Assembly: GCA_020852075.1 (NCBI GenBank)
Contig: JADZBN010000117.1
Span: forward strand, 1-57,445
Length of the DNA stretch: 57,445 nucleotides
DNA from: Bacteroidia bacterium
GTDB taxonomy: Bacteria; Bacteroidota; Bacteroidia; AKYH767-A; 2013-40CM-41-45
Direction of reading: 5' to 3'
The position numbers were made by a program, and so were the translations under genes. Below, piece after piece: positions 52,360-57,445 of the stretch. Numbering within the stretch: position 1 is the first letter of the stretch; each line of letters begins with the position of its first letter. The notes below the pieces were generated by a model. The model saw nothing but the letters and a program-made list of their open reading frames with translations, was not told where the DNA came from and did not search any database.

Positions 52360-53817
52360 CTAATTACCACGACTGATGAGGAGTTTTTGGTGAAAAGCCT
52401 CACCGGAATATGCATACACCGAGAGTATATAAAAGCCATCCGGCAATTCCGAAGAATTGATCCGGATATTTTTATCTCCGGTAAAACTGTTTTTTTCAAT
52501 TAAGGCTTTGCCGTTCAATAAAGATACCGTTACGGATTTTGGCAAAAATGTTTCCGGGAAACTCACCGTAAAATAATCCGATGCCGGTTGAGGAAATACC
52601 GTTGGGGTAAATACCACTGAGTGAGGCGGAACAGCAGTGGGGGAATTGTACTGGGCAAACATATATTTCAGGGTACCTGTGGAATTATCCTGCCATACAA
52701 CATGTACTTTCCCGTTATGGATCATTACATCACCGTTTTCAACGTCGTTATTAATCAGCACGTCAAATGTCAGCGGAAATCCGGTTCGGATATCATCTGT
52801 AAAAAATGCAATTCCCTGGGGTGATCCGGATACATTTTGCCTGCAGACTACGGCAAGGGCATTTCCGTCTGCAGCGATCCGTGGATAATTCTGCAGTGAA
52901 AAAGCGCCGAGGTTCGGTGTGAGTTCACGGTCGTAGCCCGGAGTAAGTGTACTGAGCGATGTTGTGGTAAAATATGATTTTGTGATTCCTCCGGCACCGC
53001 TCATAAATACCGTATACAGGGTGTCACCGATGATTACACCATCGGGTCCGCTGGAAGGGCAGGCATTGATAACCCATCCTGTAGGATCGGTTTCAACACC
53101 ACGGGTGAATGCATCTCCGTTGTTATCAGAGACACAGGCCCACATGGTCCGGATGTTGTTCAGGTTGTTCCGGAAGAGGATTACATTGGTATTTCCATTT
53201 TCCACCATGGAAGCGGGGCAACATTCACATACTTCAGAACCGGCCAGCCATGAGGCATTCACATCGGGAGAAAAGGTAAGCCCGTAATCTGATGACCGGG
53301 TAACGGCATAACGCGAGTTGGTCCAACCCGGGTTGAATTTCATAAATGCCACATGCGGATTTCCTGAAGCATCGGCGGATACCGTGGGAAAACGGCTGAT
53401 GCTGTCTGCAATAAAATCCACTCTCGCTGGAGGTATGAGTGTCAACCCACCGTCAAAACTGCAAGCAAGATAAATATGATTGGTATCCTCAGGGGTGTGC
53501 TTGTACACAACATAAATTGTATCGCCGTGAGATGCGATATCGGGCCCTGCCCATGATGCAGTAAATACCGGAATGGACGAAGGGTTCACCAACAGCGGTG
53601 TATTAAAACCATTGCTGCTCCATGTTGCAAGGTAAGCCTGATTGGTATTTTTCCCCCAGAGAACGACGGGGTTTCCCGCACCGTCGGAGACCATGCGGGG
53701 ATGAAGATTTCCATAGGATGACGGGGCGATGTCTGAAGGAACTGACCAGTTTAATCCACTTTGTGAAAAGGACAGAAGCGGACATAAGACAAGCAGGAAA
53801 AGAGTGGGGTTTTTCAT
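52360..53817 (-). CDS. T9SS-secreted Asp-box/BNR sialidase-fold protein
   Basis: Signal peptide MKNPTLFLLVLCPLLSFSQS from ATG 53817. Asp-box-like motifs (SFDGGLTL, SSDYGLTF, VSDNNGDAF). Type-A CTD ('VFPQPASDYFTVSF...'). The ORF track extends upstream to 53952. Confidence 0.78.
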   Translation of the reverse strand: MKNPTLFLLVLCPLLSFSQSGLNWSVPSDIAPSSYGNLHPRMVSDGAGNPVVLWGKNTNQAYLATWSSNGFNTPLLVNPSSIPVFTASWAGPDIASHGDTIYVVYKHTPEDTNHIYLACSFDGGLTLIPPARVDFIADSISRFPTVSADASGNPHVAFMKFNPGWTNSRYAVTRSSDYGLTFSPDVNASWLAGSEVCECCPASMVENGNTNVILFRNNLNNIRTMWACVSDNNGDAFTRGVETDPTGWVINACPSSGPDGVIIGDTLYTVFMSGAGGITKSYFTTTSLSTLTPGYDRELTPNLGAFSLQNYPRIAADGNALAVVCRQNVSGSPQGIAFFTDDIRTGFPLTFDVLINNDVENGDVMIHNGKVHVVWQDNSTGTLKYMFAQYNSPTAVPPHSVVFTPTVFPQPASDYFTVSFPETFLPKSVTVSLLNGKALIEKNSFTGDKNIRINSSELPDGFYILSVYAYSGEAFHQKLLISRGN

Positions 53818-54016
53818 ATACGCAAATATAGGGGGACATTCCGCATTGCAAGTCTCTGGCAATCTCCAACCGGAATCAGGTAACCGGCGCCGGTTCTGGT
53901 TTATCACTGGAACCCTTGCCAAGTGGCTGAGGGCTATATTTTTAAACCTCACATGGGGATGGCCATTCCCAGCGATTTTTGTAATTTTGCGCCCTCCAAT
54001 ACGTCTGCTCGCTGAA

Positions 54017-57000
54017 ATGCAACATAAGTATCAGGAATACAAGAACTTAGATCTCCCAGGGATCGCCCAACAGATCCTTGAAAAATGGGATATGGAAGAT
54101 ACTTTCAGGAAGAGTGTGGAAAGCCGGAGTGGAAAACCCCCTTTCATTTTTTACGAAGGCCCTCCTTCCGCGAATGGTTTCCCGGGAATTCATCAGGTGA
54201 TGGCAAGAGCCATCAAAGATATTTTTTGCAGGTATAAAACCCTGAAGGGATTTCAGGTCAGGCGCAAAGGAGGATGGGATACCCACGGGTTGCCCATTGA
54301 GTTGAGTGTCGAAAAAACCCTGGGGATCCGTAAGGATGACATCGGTAAGAAGATATCCATTGCCGAGTACAATGCCTTTTGCAGGAAGGAAGTAATGAAA
54401 TACAAGGATGTCTGGGACGATCTGACCCGGAAGATGGGGTATTGGGTGGACCTGGAACATCCCTATATAACATTCACAAACGACTACATTGAATCATGCT
54501 GGAACCTGCTGTCACAATTTTATAAGAAAGGCCTGCTGTACAAAGGTTACACCATTCAGCCCTACTCACCCGCAGCGGGTACCGGACTGAGTTCGCACGA
54601 ACTGAACCAGCCGGGTACCTACAAAATGGTGAAGGATAGTACAGTGGTTGCCATGTTTCGTCTCCGGGATGTACCGGAGGGACTCAACGACGGGACACCG
54701 GTTTATTTTCTTGCATGGACAACAACACCCTGGACGCTGCCATCCAATACGGCGCTGGCGGTAGGAAAAAATATTTCTTACAGTGCGGTAAAGACTTTCA
54801 ATGCCTATACAGGACTTCCTGTGACGGTACTTCTTGCCAGGGAACTTACGGGGAAATATTTTCCTGAACAAAACGCCGCCCTTTCTTTTGAAGCGTACAA
54901 GGCAGGGGACAAGGCTATTCCCTTTAAGGTAATTATGGAATTCACCGGCAAAGATCTTGAAGGCCTGCTGTACGAGCAACTGCTGCCCTATGCGCAACCC
55001 AATGACGGCGATGCATTCAGGGTAGTAACAGGAGACTTCGTCTCTACCGGGGAGGGAACCGGTATCGTGCATATTGCACCAAGTTTCGGTTCCGATGATT
55101 TTCGTGTAGCCAGGCAAAACGGCATCGGTTCACTTACTCTTGTGGACAAGCAGGGAAGGTTTACCCGGGAGATGGGAGAATTTGCGGGGGAGTATGTGAA
55201 AGAAGCCTATCTCACAGAAGAAGAGAAAGCAGCAGAAAAAAGAAAACAGGGCGGAGAAAAATACCTCAGTGTTGACGACCGGATTATTATCCGGCTGAAG
55301 AAGGAGGGTAAAGCCTTCCGTTCCGAAAAGTACGAGCACACCTACCCGCATTGCTGGAGAACAGACAAGCCTGTACTGTATTATCCACTGGATTCCTGGT
55401 TTATCCGCACCACTGCCATGAAAGAACGCATGGTGGAATTGAACAAAACCATCAACTGGAAACCTGAAAGTACCGGCACCGGAAGGTTTGGAAACTGGCT
55501 GGAAAATCTGGTGGACTGGAACCTTTCCCGTTCCCGGTTTTGGGGAATCCCGCTTCCGGTATGGCGAACGGAAGATGGCGGTGAGGAAACCTGCATAGGC
55601 TCTGCTGAGGAACTGAACGAAGCCATCGAGGCATCGGTAAAAGCGGGTTTTATGAAAACCAACCCTCTCATGGGATGTACGGATACAACGTCGGAAGCAT
55701 TTTCCTTTGACCTGCACAGACCCTATGTGGATGAGGTAATCCTTGTTTCTTCCGGGGGCAAAAAAATGTTTCGTGAATCCGACCTGATTGATGTGTGGTT
55801 CGATTCAGGGGCTATGCCTTATGCGCAATGGCATTATATGGGCGAGCCAAGCCTGAAGGATTTTCCTGCAGATTTTATTGCAGAGGGTGTGGATCAGACC
55901 CGTGGCTGGTTTTTTACACTACACGCCATCGCCGTGATGCTTTTTGATTCGGTTGCATACAGAAATGTTGTCAGCAACGGGCTGGTCCTTGACCGGAACG
56001 GGAACAAAATGTCAAAACGGCTTGGCAATGCTGTTGATCCCTTTGCCACGATTGAAAAATCGGGGCCGGATGCAACGCGCTGGTATATGATCAGCAATGC
56101 CCAGCCATGGGATAATCTGAAGTTTAATGAAGAAGGAATCGCCGAGGTGCAGAGGAAATTCTTCGGAACCCTGCACAACACCTATTCCTTTTTCGCCCTG
56201 TATGCAAACATTGACGGATTCTGCTATAAAGAACCTGAAGTTCCCTATGCGGAGCGCACTGAACTGGACCGCTGGATACTGTCTGAACTGAATACGCTGG
56301 TGCGGTTTACTGATACGGCATACGGTGAATATGAGCCGACGCGGGCAACCAGAGCCATTGCGGATTTTGTAAATGAGCACCTGAGCAACTGGTATGTCCG
56401 CCTCAGCCGGCGCCGGTTCTGGAAGGGCGATTACACCAAAGACAAAATTGCAGCCTATCAGACCCTTTATTCCTGTCTTGAAACGATAGCCATACTGATG
56501 TCGCCGGTTGCACCTTTTTACAGTGATGAATTATTCAGCAACCTTAACCGTGTGACAGGGCGAAGGAAGGCTACCAGTGTTCACATGGCAGATTTTCCTG
56601 AAATTCAATTCGGACTAATCAACAGCACACTCGAAGAAAGGATGGAACTGGCCCAGAAGGTTTCCTCCATGGTACTGTCACTCAGGAAAAAGGTAAACAT
56701 CAGGGTACGGCAACCCCTGAATAAAATTCTTTTACCCGTACCCGACGATACATTCCGGGAAACCGTTGAATCGGTTCGTGACCTGATCCTTGCAGAAGTA
56801 AATGTAAAGGAAATAGAGTACATCAACGATACTACCGGTATTCTTATACGAAAAGCAAAACCCAATTTCAAAGTGCTGGGGAAAAAGGTAGGCGGACTGA
56901 TGAAAGATGTTGCCGCCGCAATTACCATGTTAAACCAGGAAGAAATTTCCCGGTTTGAGGCAGAGAGGCAGTTGATTATCCAGGCCGGTGGTCAAACGGT

Positions 57001-57394
57001 TACCATTGTTCCTGAAGATGTTGAGGTGCTGTCGGAAGATATCCCGGGCTGGCAGGTCATCAGCGAAGGAAAACTCACCGTCGCCTTGGACACCCGGGTT
57101 ACGGAATCCTTAAAAGAAGAAGGAATAGCCCGCGAATTCATTAACCGGGTGCAGAATCTGCGTAAAGACAAAGGTTTTGAGGTTACCGACCGGATAGACC
57201 TTAAGGTTCAGTCCCATACAGGGATTCGGGCGTCATTGCTAAACAATAAAGACTATATTTGCGCCGAAATTTTAGCCGCATCCCTTGACCTGGTGGACCA
57301 GCTCGACGGAGAAGATGCGGTAGAAGTGGAAGTGGATGAGGCGATTCAGACGAAAGTCAGGATTACCCGACATACAACTTCCATGGTAAGATAG
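54017..57394 (+). CDS. ileS: Isoleucine--tRNA ligase (long, Bacteroidota/eukaryote-like type)
   Basis: Motifs 'PPSANGFPGIHQVMAR' (HIGH region), 'WTTTPWTLPSN', 'GVDQTRGWF' and 'KMSKRLGN' (KMSKS). Start at ATG 54017 (MQHKYQEYKNLDL...); the ORF track extends to 53729 and would overlap the divergent gene. Confidence 0.95.
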   Translation: MQHKYQEYKNLDLPGIAQQILEKWDMEDTFRKSVESRSGKPPFIFYEGPPSANGFPGIHQVMARAIKDIFCRYKTLKGFQVRRKGGWDTHGLPIELSVEKTLGIRKDDIGKKISIAEYNAFCRKEVMKYKDVWDDLTRKMGYWVDLEHPYITFTNDYIESCWNLLSQFYKKGLLYKGYTIQPYSPAAGTGLSSHELNQPGTYKMVKDSTVVAMFRLRDVPEGLNDGTPVYFLAWTTTPWTLPSNTALAVGKNISYSAVKTFNAYTGLPVTVLLARELTGKYFPEQNAALSFEAYKAGDKAIPFKVIMEFTGKDLEGLLYEQLLPYAQPNDGDAFRVVTGDFVSTGEGTGIVHIAPSFGSDDFRVARQNGIGSLTLVDKQGRFTREMGEFAGEYVKEAYLTEEEKAAEKRKQGGEKYLSVDDRIIIRLKKEGKAFRSEKYEHTYPHCWRTDKPVLYYPLDSWFIRTTAMKERMVELNKTINWKPESTGTGRFGNWLENLVDWNLSRSRFWGIPLPVWRTEDGGEETCIGSAEELNEAIEASVKAGFMKTNPLMGCTDTTSEAFSFDLHRPYVDEVILVSSGGKKMFRESDLIDVWFDSGAMPYAQWHYMGEPSLKDFPADFIAEGVDQTRGWFFTLHAIAVMLFDSVAYRNVVSNGLVLDRNGNKMSKRLGNAVDPFATIEKSGPDATRWYMISNAQPWDNLKFNEEGIAEVQRKFFGTLHNTYSFFALYANIDGFCYKEPEVPYAERTELDRWILSELNTLVRFTDTAYGEYEPTRATRAIADFVNEHLSNWYVRLSRRRFWKGDYTKDKIAAYQTLYSCLETIAILMSPVAPFYSDELFSNLNRVTGRRKATSVHMADFPEIQFGLINSTLEERMELAQKVSSMVLSLRKKVNIRVRQPLNKILLPVPDDTFRETVESVRDLILAEVNVKEIEYINDTTGILIRKAKPNFKVLGKKVGGLMKDVAAAITMLNQEEISRFEAERQLIIQAGGQTVTIVPEDVEVLSEDIPGWQVISEGKLTVALDTRVTESLKEEGIAREFINRVQNLRKDKGFEVTDRIDLKVQSHTGIRASLLNNKDYICAEILAASLDLVDQLDGEDAVEVEVDEAIQTKVRITRHTTSMVR

Positions 57395-57445
57395 GCCGGA
57401 AAATTACTTGTATTAACCATTTCTTTAATTCGTTTGTCATGAGCA

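Noticed and set aside
53729-54016. 96-codon upstream extension of the ileS ORF
   Set aside because: It would overlap the divergent Asp-box gene's 5' end. It has no IleRS similarity. ATG 54017 gives the canonical N-terminus (MQHKYQEYKNLDL...).
57439-57445. ATG at the extreme right edge that may start the next gene
   Set aside because: Only 7 nt are visible, so it cannot be evaluated.
1-57445. Search by eye for rRNA, tRNA, CRISPR arrays, IS elements/transposases, integrases and prophage genes
   Set aside because: None recognised. All intergenic regions are under about 630 nt, with no cloverleaf-like or repeat-spacer structure. A tRNAscan/Infernal/ISfinder run would be needed to be definitive.

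Overview
This 57.4-kb chromosomal segment reads as Bacteroidota. Six proteins end in type IX secretion (T9SS) C-terminal sorting domains, IleRS and PurF are the long Bacteroidota-type forms, and there is a TonB-dependent receptor with a CarboxypepD_reg N-domain. I call 37 protein-coding genes, 5 hairpin terminators and 4 intragenic tandem-repeat arrays. By eye I found no rRNA, tRNA, CRISPR array, transposase/integrase or phage genes. Housekeeping genes (pfkB-family kinase, asd, purF, ileS, ogt, ridA, osmC, an OmpR/HK two-component pair) are interleaved with very large exported proteins. The most system-like part is a co-directional trio at 4.8-19.1 kb. It comprises a 1.7k-aa LTD-CotH kinase-like T9SS protein, a ~2.0k-aa alpha-2-macroglobulin with an intact CMEQ thioester motif, and an FN3-purple-acid-phosphatase T9SS protein. 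Other large exported proteins are a 1335-aa NIDO+PKD type-B-CTD protein, an 873-aa LTD protein, and two Asp-box beta-propeller T9SS proteins. The second notable locus (19.2-26.8 kb) is a divergent operon pair. It encodes the animal-like 3-hydroxyanthranilate branch of tryptophan catabolism (HAAO, ACMSD, ALDH8-like aminomuconate-semialdehyde dehydrogenase). These genes are tightly packed with unexpected partners: a TMTC/PMT-like GT-C membrane protein with TPRs, DUF1223, a membrane-anchored Cys-rich DUF4258, and an SDR lacking the catalytic Tyr/Lys. All functional calls come from motif recognition in the supplied translations. No database search was run, so family names are recalled, not verified.
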